DNA of 64,000 bases. Source: Phoronis australis. Its lineage: Eukaryota; Animalia; Phoronida. The DNA lies in contig NMRA01000017.1 in assembly GCA_002633005.1 (NCBI GenBank), forward strand, positions 1,506,944 through 1,570,943, read 5' to 3'. Below, piece after piece: positions 1 to 12,806 of this stretch (position 1 is the stretch's first letter; every line of letters begins with the position of its first letter). The position numbers were made by a program, and so were the translations under genes. The notes under the pieces are model-generated. The model had not been told where the DNA came from, made no database searches, and saw only the letters and a list, made by a program, of their open reading frames with translations.

Positions 1-158
1 ACCGAAACTTTTTCACAAAAATATTTGTTGGGTGTTTTCGTTTATTTTTATTAAGCCTACTACCTCTCCTGATTCCAGTTGATTCAAGATTGTCTCTGTT
101 CATTTTTTCATAGTTTTTATCCAAAAATAAAGTAATTATAGTTGTTCATTTCTTTCAG

Positions 159-331
159 CTAGACTTTATATCGACGAGAAAGTAAATACTATTAACCTGA
201 ATAACACAACTGGAACGACGAGTGGTCAAGGGATTGGACAGTTCTTGACAAGGCTTGTGCATGACAGAGAACTCAGTTCCAGAGAAATATATGCGAACGT
301 AGCTGAACTAATGCTTGGGGCTGTAGATACG
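159..331 (+). CDS. Cytochrome P450 (mitochondrial clan, CYP27/CYP24-like), internal exon with I-helix start; upstream exons lie outside the window
   Basis: tttcag|CT...ACG|gtaag; translates RLYIDEKVNTINLNNTTGTTSGQGIGQFLTRLVHDRELSSREIYANVAELMLGAVDT, resembling the CYP27-type IYANVTEMLLAGVDT. Confidence 0.93.
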
Positions 332-678
332 GTAAGATGTAAAAAAGTAACGAGGACCACATCTAGTTTTATCATAGAATTGGAAGAATTTTAAAGCTGG
401 GTTCCAGTTTTGCCACTGGTATGACAATGTATTCTTTTTGAAGTAATTACAAATTATGTTTGCGTTTTTCTAAAGCGAATTCACTATTTTGCAACAAAAA
501 TGAGTGCGCTCCAACACTGAAAAACAGAAAAATTAAATATTTTCCTGACTGGACCAACCTACCCATCACAGAGGACTAGTTGTAGGGTGGCGGAAACAAA
601 GAATATGTTAAGCACGCTTTTAAAAATACTTTGGCATGGTTGGTCTTTGGTTGTCGTATATTATAAGTTCTGTTTTAG

Positions 679-836
679 ACTACCAACACAATGTGTTTCA
701 CGCTAGACTATTTAGCTAGACATCCACGAGTTCAGGAAAAACTTCAGCACGAAGTAGACACTGTTTTGAAGGGACGAATGGCGACAGGTAAAGACGGATT
801 ACCTTACTTGAACATGGTTCTGAAAGAGTCTATGAG
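679..836 (+). CDS. P450 exon: end of I-helix, J-helix, K-helix ExxR
   Basis: ttttag|ACT...AG|gtag; TTNTMCFTLDYLARHPRVQEKLQHEVDTVLKGRMATGKDGLPYLNMVLKESM(R); phase 0 to 2. Confidence 0.95.
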
Positions 837-1295
837 GTAGGCATATAGATACAATGGATTATAGTTACAATGGTGCCTAAGTAAATCTACAGAAACCATT
901 TAGTACCTGAAATTGCTGTAAATATTGTACGCACAATAGTCTACTTTCGAGATCACACCAAACATGTAATTTGCCCAACTTTCCAAAATAAACAGCCAGA
1001 AGTCAGCCAGTGTCAGACAAAAACGAACGTCAGGCTTCAGAATAATTGTAACTCGTATGTTTTAACACCTTTCTGCTCTATCAGAAAAACACTCGTTTCC
1101 CCGGACTATACACTAGTGCCACCAGTAAGCCTACATTTCAATGTGGAGCCAATTTTATATCGATGGCGATATTTATGTCGCTGTTGCTAGCGCTCTCTCT
1201 GAAATCGAGTCTAGAGAGAAAGTTGACCGCTCATCCGTCCGTTGGTAGTCTTTTCGTTGTTCGCATATCCGTCATCTTGTCTGTTTTCGTTACAG

Positions 1296-1374
1296 ACTAA
1301 GTCCTGTTGTCCCTTTGTACGTCAGGTCGCTATCTCGTCCCGCGCTCATCGGAGGGTATCAAGTTCCAGCAGAT
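1296..1374 (+). CDS. P450 exon following ExxR
   Basis: ttacag|A...GAT|gtaagt; (R)LSPVVPLYVRSLSRPALIGGYQVPAD; phase 2 to 0. Confidence 0.93.
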
Positions 1375-2869
1375 GTAAGTGCACATGTGTCAATTAATGA
1401 TAATTCCGTAGATCCGATGTCTAAAGCCTCAGTTGAGCCTGTATAGCTCCCCGAACAATTAACAAAATGGGGTGGGCCGGGATTGACGGCAGTTTTGTAG
1501 ACTAGATGGGAAGTGATTGCCACAAATGGTATTCAGTAGTTCCCTGAAGTTGTTTAAAGCGAGTCCTGAAATTTAGCCTCTGCTCTTGTCTACAAAGAAA
1601 GGGAATTGCCGCCATTTTAAGAGCACATCCTACTTGAGTCTTGAATTATTGGCGCTAATCCAAGTACCCTTCTGAAAGTGGAAATTGTCAAAAATCTGGT
1701 TGGTAATGATATATTATATTTTAACCTGAATTTCTGGAATTTAGTGAAAGAGCATTCAGATGATGGTATCTTTTCTTGCACCGGGAACTCGTGAATTTAG
1801 GTAAAGTATTCCAAAATTGCACTTTTTGTCACTTTTGGCACCTCGAACTTTTTTACGGTGGATGAGCATCCTCGGGTACAATAGAATAGAACATAATACC
1901 GTTACAGAATGTTCACTTCACATCGCAGTGCATGGCAAGGATCTGTAAACCTAACAACTATCTACAGCAACTCCAGCCTTTATGCTCCTGAGTATGCAGC
2001 CTCGTTCCCATGCCTCAGTCAAGATAGCGCTGATCGATTTAGCCATTTGAGGGTTGATATGAGAAATCAAATGTGTATTCTGACACATTTTTACGGAAAT
2101 CGACGGAATATCAAGAGTAATATAACTGCAACAATTTCTGCAGTATAATATAAAACTGAAAAGTAACCGTATATTGCAGCAATTTAAGTATAAATTATTG
2201 CAAAAATGACGTATTTTGCGTGAGTGTGAAGATAATTAAAATCTGCCTTTGTTTTAATGACGTCAATCATTGCGCAGAAAGCAATTCCCATAACCAAGCC
2301 TCAAATGACTAAACCAACTTATCAGCGCATTCTTGAGGCTTGGGGGACGAGACTGCTGAGGATGATATTTGCCTAATATTGAAACGTCGTTCATGCAGCA
2401 TTCTAGTGCCGTTTTTGTTTTCAAATTTGAACGGATTTAATCTGAAGATTCATTTTTGAAGTATGAGATTTACTTTAGCTGAGATAGCATAAGATGAAAA
2501 GATCCGTGGATTACAATTAGTCTGAATAAAATAACTCAAACCGCTTTAGCTCAAACTGTTTCAGCGTTCAGTCAATAGTTTGATTATGTACATGCACGAT
2601 CTTATATACATGTCTGCGCATGTAGTCAAATATCTACAAAAGTTTAGAATGTAATAAGTAAAAGTGCATTTTTCGAAAATAGAAATTCTATTAAATATTA
2701 GTGCAAAGGTTACCTATTTGCAGAATCTTTTGTTTTCACATTTACAAGTTGTCAATGAATACAACTTCACTTTGTGTAACGTGGATGATGTTCAATTAGT
2801 GCTGTCTTGTAGTTCCTCCTGTACCGATAGTTAAGAGCATGCAAATGCATCTTTAGGATGGTGGTTGTA

Positions 2870-3670
2870 AGTGCCGACGCACTGTGTTAGTAGTTTGACT
2901 TTATTCGCCATCTGTTGGTGGTTTTTGTGTTTGCTTCTACCCCATCCATTTTCCACAGTATTTTGCACAGTGAGACTGTTTGGCTGACCATGGTTTGTAG
3001 CTGTGACACGACGCCACTTTGGCTCATTCTTATATTTCAACACTTTTACCGATAAGTTTACTCTTCTAGTTTCGTCGTGATTTATGCCACAAATTGATTG
3101 AACAACACTGTGGCAGCGAAAATCGTTAGGCCTACATGGGTGAACGCGAGAATGAGTTGCGTTGAACAACTTTATTTGTTCGTAAACTTGTTGTTGGTCG
3201 GTTCAGCTGTAACATACAAAAAACGTTCTATGAGTCAATTGAACAATGCGTTGGTCGTTTGCAAAGTTACAATACTAATATCTAACATTGCATATATACT
3301 TATTCAAGCAAACGTTAAACTACTTAAGCCAGCGGTAAGTTAAAGGTACAGAATACGCGTTACAATTACGTTGAAGTTCTGACTGTAACAAAATTAAGTA
3401 CAATATACTTAAACCAATTTGCTCGACGAAACTGCAAGATACTAAACTCATCGGTATAGGGTGTTGAAATACAAAGGCGTCAAAGTGGCGTACTGTGTTA
3501 CAGTTACAAACCATCGTGGTCTGCTAAACAGTCTCACCCTTGCAAAATACTATTGAAGAATATATTCACGTGGAAAATGGACGCGGTAGAAGCTGCATCG
3601 TAGACACAAAAATCACCAACAGATCAAAGTGGCGAATAAAGTCAAACTACTAACACAGAGCGTCGTCACT
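2870..3670. mobile_element. MITE-like element with about 150-190 bp imperfect inverted arms, inside a P450 intron
   Basis: 2870-3021 (tgttagtagtttgactttattcgcca...cgccactttg) is the reverse complement of 3481-3670 (caaagtggcg...tggcgaataaagtcaaactactaaca). Confidence 0.7.
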
Positions 3671-3764
3671 GACCGTAGTAACCTAATGGCACATGAATGT
3701 AAAACGTTTTTTATAATCTCTCTAAACGCTTTGAGATGGCTTAACGCGAGTACAATCTTTATAG

Positions 3765-3924
3765 ACACCTATAATACTGAACACGTGGGCTGCGGGCAGA
3801 GACCCTGGAGTGTTCCACAGTGCCGATGAGTTTATTCCAGAGAGATGGGACCGCGAATCAAATCACAAACTACCGCACCCATTCGCATCTCTTCCATTTG
3901 GTTTTGGTCCACGCGTATGTGTAG
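3765..3924 (+). CDS. P450 exon with PERW meander and heme-binding Cys
   Basis: ttatag|ACA...G|gtaaac; [53 protein letters not shown](G). Confidence 0.96.
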
Positions 3925-4175
3925 GTAAACAGCTTAGTGAAGTGTACACTTTTTGAGTGTTCGATGTTAAACAAACTGCAGTTTGCATTTTTTATCGAAA
4001 AAATGCTTTTCGTTTTTAACCGTCCCTTGTAATTTTACATCTCCAGCTAAGGCCATTGTCTACATTTAGCGTCTTTTCTTCTGAATGCTCTTTTCATCTG
4101 TGACAGCAGCAGTAGCATTTGGCGAAATAGTTCCTAAACGGACATATTCTGGTTCATTGTCATTTTCTTGTATAG

Positions 4176-4219
4176 GTAAGCGCCTGGCCACGTTAGAACT
4201 TCGACTTCTTCTTGCACGG
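4176..4219 (+). CDS. P450 L-helix mini-exon (44 nt)
   Basis: tgtatag|GT...CGG|gtacgt; (G)KRLATLELRLLLAR; phase 1 to 0. Confidence 0.92.
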
Positions 4220-4893
4220 GTACGTGGTCTGGTTGAACTAGGAATATGTTTAACTACCCAGTTTACCAAAGCTTTGTCGTTGTTCACATACTCAGATTTG
4301 CAATAATGTCCGTTGCCAAGTAAGGGATTTCCAAGCCTACGTGGTATAGCCAGTAACAAAAAAATGAACGCTTAAAATTTTGGATTAGTTAATCGTCATC
4401 AATTTCTTTAAAATTACGTCTCTATCCAGTCATCGTAGAAAAATGTGGAGCAGAGGTATGGTGGACCTACGGGCATTCTTAATAACGGCGTCCTTTTCTC
4501 CGCCGTCAACGCAACTCATTCTTGACGCGTTGTAGTTATTTCCTTATGGACGGCGTAAATTTTCGGGTTTCGAGTTGGCTCACTTCGTTTTCCATTTTTG
4601 AAGTTAGGATCCTGAGGGCAGATTATCATCATGACAGTGAGATTAGAGGCCGTAACATGACCGTATTTGCAGTCTGCATTTCAGTGGCATTTTCCCACAT
4701 TCCGGTGTTTCCGGGAAGATTGTAAGGGAGAAAAACGCACTGTGGTGGGCTACTATTGGAAAGGATAGACTTTTCAAAGTTATTCATTTGGCTTTGATCA
4801 GAGCTATGAAACAACAAATTCAGCTGTTTCCCAGTCTGATTTTCATTTCAAACCGCCAATTACCACATAGGAACAATTCGCCTTATTTTTCAG

Positions 4894-5004
4894 ATTGCAC
4901 AACAGTTCCACGTTTCACCAACTGGACGTTACGAAGCCCCGCTTTTCTGTGGTGTATTAAAGCCAAGAAAAAACATTTCGATTCGATTTTTAGATAGGCG
5001 ATGA
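4894..5004 (+). CDS. P450 terminal coding exon
   Basis: ttttcag|ATT...TGA; IAQQFHVSPTGRYEAPLFCGVLKPRKNISIRFLDRR*, with a typical C-terminal 'I.F.DR'. Confidence 0.92.
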   Translation: MAQQFHVSPTGRYEAPLFCGVLKPRKNISIRFLDRR

Positions 5005-5798
5005 CAAGTTGGCAGAAAAATATTTGAGATTGCCGTTCCTAACTAACGTCATATCAACGTTTAGCTAAATTAAACTGACGGGACTTTGAGCATCTGTGGT
5101 GTCAGGCTACCTAATTTATCGACATTACTGGCCCGAGGACATCGTCGACGCCTACTTGTACGTACATCAAGACGGAGAATTGACGTTTTTAGTTTGATCA
5201 AAAAACCAACAAACGTTGTTGGAAATAACTAAAGATGCTAATTTTGCGAACATGATTCATAAACAAATAGTGTCTCATTAACTTTCTTGTACTACTCAGG
5301 GCTCACACGATAATGGAATAGAGTCTCTCTTCCATTTTTAATATTTAGCCTTTCATATCAAAGGGTCGCCTTTAACACAGGGTCAACAGCAGGGGCAATT
5401 GTCCCTTTGCACTTCTCTATAAATCCGGCACAGTCATATATACACTATATACACGAGAACGTAAGATTCCAAATTCAGCGAAACAAATTAGAGCAAAGAA
5501 CAGCAGTATCAAAGAAACAAATATGATTATATTAAAAAAGCAGGATAGACCGCCATCGAAATGATGGACTTTTGAAGAACATAAAAGCACTATTTGTCAA
5601 TTATACAAAAGGACTATTTCCTATAGTTTTATAAAATGTCGGTACTGTTTCCTATAGTATCAAAAGAATAGCAGATATTTTGAAGACCCTTACTAGGAGT
5701 TATATATAAGAAACTCGCACATGCCGAACAGATTGTCGGAGGGCGTTTGACTTCCATAGTACATGTCTAACCAATCAAGATACTCAACCCAATGTGCT

Positions 5799-5878
5799 GT
5801 ATATATATATGTGTGTATGTATGTATGTATGTATGTATGTATGTATGTATGTGCATGTATATGTATATATATATATAC
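5799..5878. repeat. (TA)n/(TATG)n microsatellite
   Basis: tatatatat gtgtgtatgtatgtatgt... read directly. Confidence 0.95.
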
Positions 5879-6504
5879 AGGCACTCAAAAGTCCAGTCCC
5901 AAGTTTTAACTCATAGAAAGCAAATGCTACCTCTAGGATAAACCGAAATACACGTTTCAATGTTAAAGCGCGAATTCGTCTCCCACGTTCCCTGTCGAGA
6001 ATCTGATGCGTCCCGTGAACTGATCTACAAAGTCTACATGTTTGTGTATCTACTTGAATCGGCTAATTCACTGATAATTTTTTAACCATTAGAAGCTAAT
6101 CGTGTAAGCACTAGTGATGCTTCAGTGAACTTAGCATTGGCACTTTAAAAAAATTCGGCTCTCTCATTTCTTTGGTTTCGTTTTAGTCAAAATTAAGAAA
6201 TCTACTAATTTTTCATTTTTTCCTTTAGCGACCCTTCCTAACAGATTTATATGCTAGAGTCTGGCAAAAGTGGTTCTCAGGGGCAACGTTCGCACATACC
6301 GTAGACCCGATTGCGGTTTGCAGGCTGTGGTGTGTTTGGCCAAGTTACAAGGCGGCGCGTTTTCCCGTTTAGTTACTTTACCAGACGTTGCGGGCTGTGA
6401 GTCTGTGATAACACACAGTCTTTTGTCTGGTATGACAACAGGTAGTCTACCAGGCATATTACAAACAACGCGTGAACACAGTCAAACCCAGAGCGAATTG
6501 GTAC

Positions 6505-9500
6505 TAGTCCGGGAGCCAAATGCTGTTTTTTACTTAACCTGGATTTGCAGGATAAAGATTTTTTCTTTGCTGTTTCATGTAGCCTAGGCATAGTTAATAA
6601 TGATTCAGGGGGTGACCGTTCGCAACCCTTGAGCATATTTTAAAATATGCAAATTAATGTCGCCATTTTGAAAAATTCTATTTTGCTAAACATTTCCTTA
6701 CCAAGCACTGCAGCCAGATAATTTTGACGTTTTACCCATGTTTCCACGGTCAATAAATTTAAATGTGCAAGTTTTTAGGTGAATACATTGTCAATTTGCA
6801 TAACTTATGCAAATTAAGACTGCTATTATGCAAAATTCTATTTTTGCTTATAATTTCCTTACCAAGCACTGCAGACAGGTCATTTTGATGCTTTCACCCA
6901 TGTTTCCATGGTCAATGAATTTATTAGTGAAAGTTTTTGGGTGGATACATCGTCAATTTGCATAATTAATGCAAATTAAGGTTGACACTATTTTAAATAT
7001 TTTACTTGTTGTAATAGCTATGGTACCAATCATCACAGGTGAATTATATTTGCACCTATGTTTCTATGGTCAATTAGTCCAATGAAATCAGTTTGCATGT
7101 TGCTGCATAAATTTGCATTATTAATGCAAATTAAGGCCACCATTATTCAAAATTATTTGTTGCTTAAAGCACTGCAGACATGTTACTTTAATGTCTTCAC
7201 CCATGCTTCCATGGTCAGTGACTTTAATGGACCTCGTTTGCTGGTGGATACATCATGAATTTGCTTAATATATGCATAATATATGTAAATTAATGCCGCC
7301 ATTATTCAAAATTCTACTTTTGCTTATACCTGAAGTACCAGGCACCCCAAGTAAACTATTTTAACGTCTTTACCCATGTTTCTGTGAAATCAGTTCGCAA
7401 GTTGGTGCATGATGAATTTTCATATTTTATGCACCACTATTCCAAATGCTGTTTCTGCTCCTTACGTGCGTTACATGTAGATTATTTTCGAATTTACCTC
7501 ATGTTTTTGATAATTTACGCGAATTACAGCTGTCATATTCAAAATTCTACTTGTTCTTATAACTGCTGCATCAGACACCAGAGGTTAGTTATAAATATTT
7601 GTGCCCATGTTTCGGTGGTCAATGAAATTAATGAAATCTGTTTGCAGAATCTCATTTTTGATGAAGTAAGAAAATATTTTGTGTAGTGCGTGTTCTACAG
7701 TTTGAGACCTTAAATACCAAAAAGATATTGCCAATAGCCCTGAGCTCCCACAGACCATAGAAAAAGCGCAAATTAGTTTAATGACTTGAGTTAATGCTGG
7801 AATGGGGCTCGGAGCTATCAGTTTATAGGGACCACATTGATGAGGTACGAATACAGTAGTGAGGGAACAGTAGGGAATCGCCCTTTAAGAAGAGAATCTT
7901 AAGCTTTGGGCACAAGTTGCCATTTGTCCTACAAGAATGAAACAGATCTTGGAGAGATGGAGAGTGGTAACAATAGATCCTGTACTAAAACTTATCACAC
8001 GGAAGAAAGTAAGGCACGTCTTTATGCACAAGCCCAGGATATTGCACGGGTCTATCAAAAGTAGATACCAGCGTCGATCTATTGGATCCCAATACCCATC
8101 GCATAGACGAAGTGGTGCATGACAGGATTGGCATTTCAACAGTTAACATACATGGAACAATAAGCATGGGGCAGGTAATGTTATCAGACTTCGAGAAAGG
8201 CTGCCAGCACGTTAGGAACACAAGCGGGCAAGATCACTGATGAAAATCCTTGTACCTTAATATAGTACAAGGACATTGGAGATCGAGACATCCCATGAAG
8301 AAGCAAGCTCCATTATTGTCTAACAGGACGTGAAATGTGCATATGAACTTAACACATTTTAGGTTGTTTCGGATGACAAAAATGTATTTGTCCTTTGTGT
8401 GCATTACTAAGACAAGGAACAGCTTCAAATACCACTACCATAAAATCACCTAGTAAGCGTAGAACAGTCGTAGACATGAAGTTAACTCTCGAAACATGTA
8501 GCGATATTGTGAAGGTCTAATCTCTGTCCATGCGCTGTAGGGGTATAACGCAGTGGCATGCTACTATAGAGTTGTAAAGGGATCCATCGTTAAAATATTG
8601 AAGGCTGGATATGACCCGTCCCCCATCGGCACTTTTTATGCACATTTTTGATGTCATGAAACAGGCCAGTAAATGTATGTGCGCCTGTTATGGAATGAAG
8701 AGAATCAGGAAGATGTCACGAACCAGACTACAGGTATGGGGAAGAGAAATGGCAAGAGATATATATCCGCCCCCAAACTGTCACCGACAACAGAAGCATT
8801 CAAAGAGAATGTAAACGTAAACAGAGCCCATTACCAGTCTGTCATGTGGTGGAATGTCACCAGCTCTAAATCCAGAAGACTATGGATGGAAAAAAGGTGC
8901 CATAAACAAATCACTCTCACTATCTAAAATTCCGCATGGTGTCCAACTTGCTCCTATTGCATACTAGTGATGACTAGGTGTGACTGCAAAGGTCAGATTT
9001 CACGAAATTCAAGTAGATATAATTGTAGAGTCAATTTTCTACCCCGCACAATATTTTGGGCACATTAAACTGTAGTGTGCTCACGTTCCGAGTGTTGAAT
9101 TAGCATTTGAACGTCTTGTGGCTGGTCTCCATTCGATAGGTTATTGTCCTGGGTTTATGCAATTAAACCATTTAGTCATCTACTGCATTTACCCTGGGTA
9201 TCGGACAAAACCAGAATTTGTAATGTGTAATAAATTAGATTATTTATATTTATGATGTAATAACAGATTACATTAAATTCATCAGTAATAATACTCAAAT
9301 AATTTACATATGGTGCCCCCCCGTAAGAAAGTTACAAGCAGAAACAGAATTATTGATAATGGCTGCCTTTATTGGCATAAATTATGCTAATCTATCGTGC
9401 AACATGCAAACTGATTTCATTAACCTAATTGACCATAGGAAAATAGGTTTAAATATCATGAGAGTTTACCTGTGGTGCTCGGTACCACAGCTATAAGCAC

Positions 9501-10019
9501 AAGTAGCTATATGCACAAGTAAAATTTTGAATAATGGCGCCCTTAATTTGCATTAGTTCTGCAAATTTGCATTAACTATGCAAATTTATCATGCAACAAC
9601 GTGCAAAGCGATTTCATTAAACTAGCTGACCAAAAGAATATATTTGCAAATATGATAGGTCATCTGTGGTGCCTGGTACAGTAGCTATAAGCACAAGGAT
9701 TTTTAATAATGCCGGCCTTAATTTGCATAAGTTATGCAAATTGACAATGTATTCACATAAAAACTTGCATTATAAATTTGTTGACCATGAAAACATTTTT
9801 AAAACGTCAAAATTATCGGGCTGCAGTGCTTGGTAATGAAATTATAAGCAAAAATAGAATTTTGCATAATAGCGGCCTTAATTTGCATATTTAAAAATGC
9901 TCAAGGGTTGTGAACGGTCACCCCCTTAAATCATGGTTACTTAACCCTAGGCTACATGAAACTGCAAAGAAAAAAATTTATTCCGCAAAACCAGGTTCAA
10001 CCCCCTGGCTCCCGGACTA
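6505..10019 (+). mobile_element. Academ-superfamily DNA transposon, internally deleted and decayed
   Basis: Termini TAGTCCGGGAGCCA...TGGCTCCCGGACTA, long imperfect TIRs with subterminal tandem repeats (about 6505-7600 vs 9330-10019), 3-bp TSD TAC, internal transposase relics. Confidence 0.85.
7880..8990 (+). pseudogene. Academ transposase remnant (frameshifts and stops)
   Basis: Fragments TYHTEESKARL; SVDLLDPNTH...VNIHGTISMG; DVMKQASKCMCACYG; PKLSPTTEAFKENVN..RAHYQSVMW; NPEDYGW. These match the LPPT...RAxYQ..W...P..YGW C-terminal region of Academ transposases. Confidence 0.8.
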
Positions 10020-10529
10020 TACGTTCGGAACAGTCGCCGAAACTTCGGTTGTAGTTGGGCGATTCAAAAACTAAACATGACCATTTGACGAGGAATTCAG
10101 AAATGCTATTGGTTTATGTTCAAGTATGTTATAGCTTAAATTTTATTTTTAACAGCACAACCCAGTCACGCTAGATAGGATTTTATTGGAGATATTAGAG
10201 CATTTAGAGCTGGCCCTCGGGGGGGGGGGACTCGGGGGCTCGAACGAGCCCCCCATTTGGCAAAGTAGGTAAAAAGGTCCGCCTCAGAGAAACAAAAAAT
10301 GTCCGAGAAAACATTCCACTAAAAAGGCGTGGACGCACAGGTTTTGTAGTCCTCCCGCTTTTTTGTCGGCAAAAGACCCACTTTGTCAGAGACTGGATTC
10401 GAGCCCCCCATATTAAAGGCTGGGTGCGTGATCAGTCATGTAACATATTGGCTACAGGTGTCATTTTCCCAACTTGTTGTTGAGCTATAGAATCAAACAA
10501 GTTGGGAGCAACGGGAAAACGCCGTAATG
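10020..10529. mobile_element. Right arm of the foldback element family (host of the Academ insertion; continues from about 6460-6504)
   Basis: Collinear with 22505-22830 (aggaattcagaaatgctattggtttatgttcaa; ggctacaggtgtcattttcccaacttgtt); ends in aaacgccgtaatg. Confidence 0.8.
10211..10430. mobile_element. Small hAT-like MITE nested in the foldback arm
   Basis: G-rich start with hairpin ggggggctcgaacgagcccccc, end gagccccccatattaaaggctgggtgcg; absent from the paralogous arm at 22690-22770. Confidence 0.5.
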
Positions 10530-11104
10530 ATTCACGAGTCGAACACTCATGCATAGATCATAACTGACCACCTCACTTTCGACACCGATTATGCAGTAGG
10601 CTTCTCATGGGGTTAGTAGTTGACATTGACTCCTTTAGGGCACAAATAAAGAGAGTGTGAACACTTTATTATAATACTATGGCAGGGGTTTGCAAGCAAA
10701 CTTTTGTAATAAAAACACAACTAACGGAAATAATAGATGTATATTAATAAATCAAAGCCAAATTAATAAGCAAAAGTGGAGTTGATAAGCGGCTGCAACA
10801 ACTGAAACGAAAATACACGTTGGTGACGTACACTCTACACTAGTGAAAACATCATGTCAGAGGCACACACAAGCACACACCAGGGAGGAATCAATTTACT
10901 GTGACTGGGACCAATTCGGATTTTTACTATTTCGTTCAAACTATATAAAAATTATGGCAGGTGGTCAAGTACACGTTGCAATAGACATGCGCAGGCCAGG
11001 CATGTGGGCCCATTGCACAGATCACCTGGAACTGTTTTTGCGCTTTATGTTAATATAGTTAAAAAACCGAGCTGAGGAGCTAGAAACCTGGTACAAGGGT
11101 CCAG

Positions 11105-11183
11105 CAGTGTGGCCCAGTGGGACACAAACCCATGACCTCCAGTAAAGAAGACGGGCACCTACCACAGTTGGCCACACTGCCTC
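11105..11183 (-). mobile_element. tRNA-derived SINE-like head, degenerate
   Basis: Minus strand gaggcagtgTGGCCAACTGTGGTagg...catgGGTTTGTGTCCcactgggccacactg: A-box-like and B-box-like motifs at tRNA spacing. Confidence 0.45.
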
Positions 11184-12291
11184 CTATTTCATTCAACCTC
11201 AGGAAACGAACATAACAAGAATTTTTAATTGAAACCGATAATCATTCCCTTATTTAGCTCAATATATTACTGATTAGTTTTCTGTTCAGATTTTACTTAT
11301 TAATAAATTGATATTGCAGTTAAGTAATTTTGTTTATAGTCATCAAGTTTTGCGAAGATCAACTCCAAGGTGTTCCACTGAAACACAAACGGGAGTAAAA
11401 CAGATCACATGGAGTCAAAAACAGACTACGGCACCTTCAAAACTGTTAAGCAGCTCAAAAAACACAACAGAAACCCTGGGATAGTACAGGAAACCCAGGT
11501 AATTTTTCATACTTTCTGAGACCGTTCTCAGTACCCTCAAACTTTAACATCTTCAATTACTTTCCAGTTATTTTTTGCATTTGTTTGTTAAAAATTGTCA
11601 ACAATAAAACATAACTTATATTATATTGTTATTTGATTTTCATCAGTAAAACTCCTGCAACTTGTCTTAGTGGGGGAATTTCAATGTAATCTATACTGTT
11701 CTCAACACCTTATCTCTGAATATTTAGCAAATTTCAGGTATGAATTCAATAGTTTCTTCAAAAATATTTTCAAAAATGAAAAACAAAAATATTATTACAA
11801 CATTCAAGTGCCATTGCTCATTAATTTGTTGTCACTTGTACGCAACCTCGTGGAAGAAGAACAGTTGATTGAAGAAACGGGAATGAAAAAGAAACAATAG
11901 GTGACTCAACATTTCATGGTGCCGAAAGCCCACACAAAACATTGTACCATTATTTTAGCAGCAGAATAAGTGTAGAACGCCAATCCATAATAAGTTGTAT
12001 AAAATTCTCATGTAGTAAAACAACATATCACAAGAACTGTTTCAAGCAGTTACATTTACTTTTCATCAAATGATGTTTGACAGAAAGTGCGGGAGAGTTG
12101 TTTTGGTTCGTGGATGTCCTGTCTGATCTCCGGGGTTCCTGTTTTAAAAGTTGGGTTTTGTGTTTTTCGGGCTGGTTAGCTGGTTGAAGGTGCGGGAGTG
12201 TTTTTTACTTCGGGATATCTGTTTTCACAGGGCTTCCTGTTTCAAACGAACACCCTGACTTTATCCTTAACAATAACCCCCACCAGGTCCC

Positions 12292-12806
12292 TCAATAGTA
12301 CGCCTCATAATAGCTCTTGGTGTAACTTGGCTTCTGACGCCTGGCTCGTGGAATGTATGCATCGTAACTGGGATTATTCACACTTCCACTACCAGCTTCA
12401 CTTGATGTTGCCGTTCCAGCGAAGGCAGGATTTTGGAAGGTTACAGATGTGTTAACCACTGGATCTTTTCCCTTGGCAAGATAGCTTAAGCTCCTGTCAT
12501 GGCAAAGTGGAAATCCTGCCTCATCAGTTGGCCTCTCATCATAATCTCGTTTGACATAATCAGTGTCCAGGGACGTTCCTTTTTCCACCTGAAGTCCTCG
12601 TGGACCCGCTGAACTGTCATCATAATCTGGCTCTGGTTCACAGGGTGCGTCACTTGATTCGCTTGAATGTACGTTATCTGATACAGCTTTGTGCCGTTGC
12701 TTTTTATCACGCCAGCGCAGGAAACAGATCGTTGCAACTGGTACAAGTATCACGAGAAACACACCCACAACAACACCAACAATCAGAATGACAATGTTGG
12801 TGTTGG
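12292..12806 (-). CDS. Terminal exon: transmembrane helix and Tyr-rich cytoplasmic tail of a ZP-like type-I membrane protein
   Basis: cctaatttttcag| acceptor (in-frame alternative at 12827); NIVILIVGVVVGVFLVILVPVATICFL-RWRDKKQRHK (TM plus stop-transfer); tail ends KSYYEAYY*. Confidence 0.88.

Noticed and set aside
12200-12294. Stop-codon read-through or selenocysteine at the receptor TGA
   Set aside because: Next in-frame stop follows within about 30 codons, context is not TGA-CTA-like, and no SECIS-like hairpin was recognised
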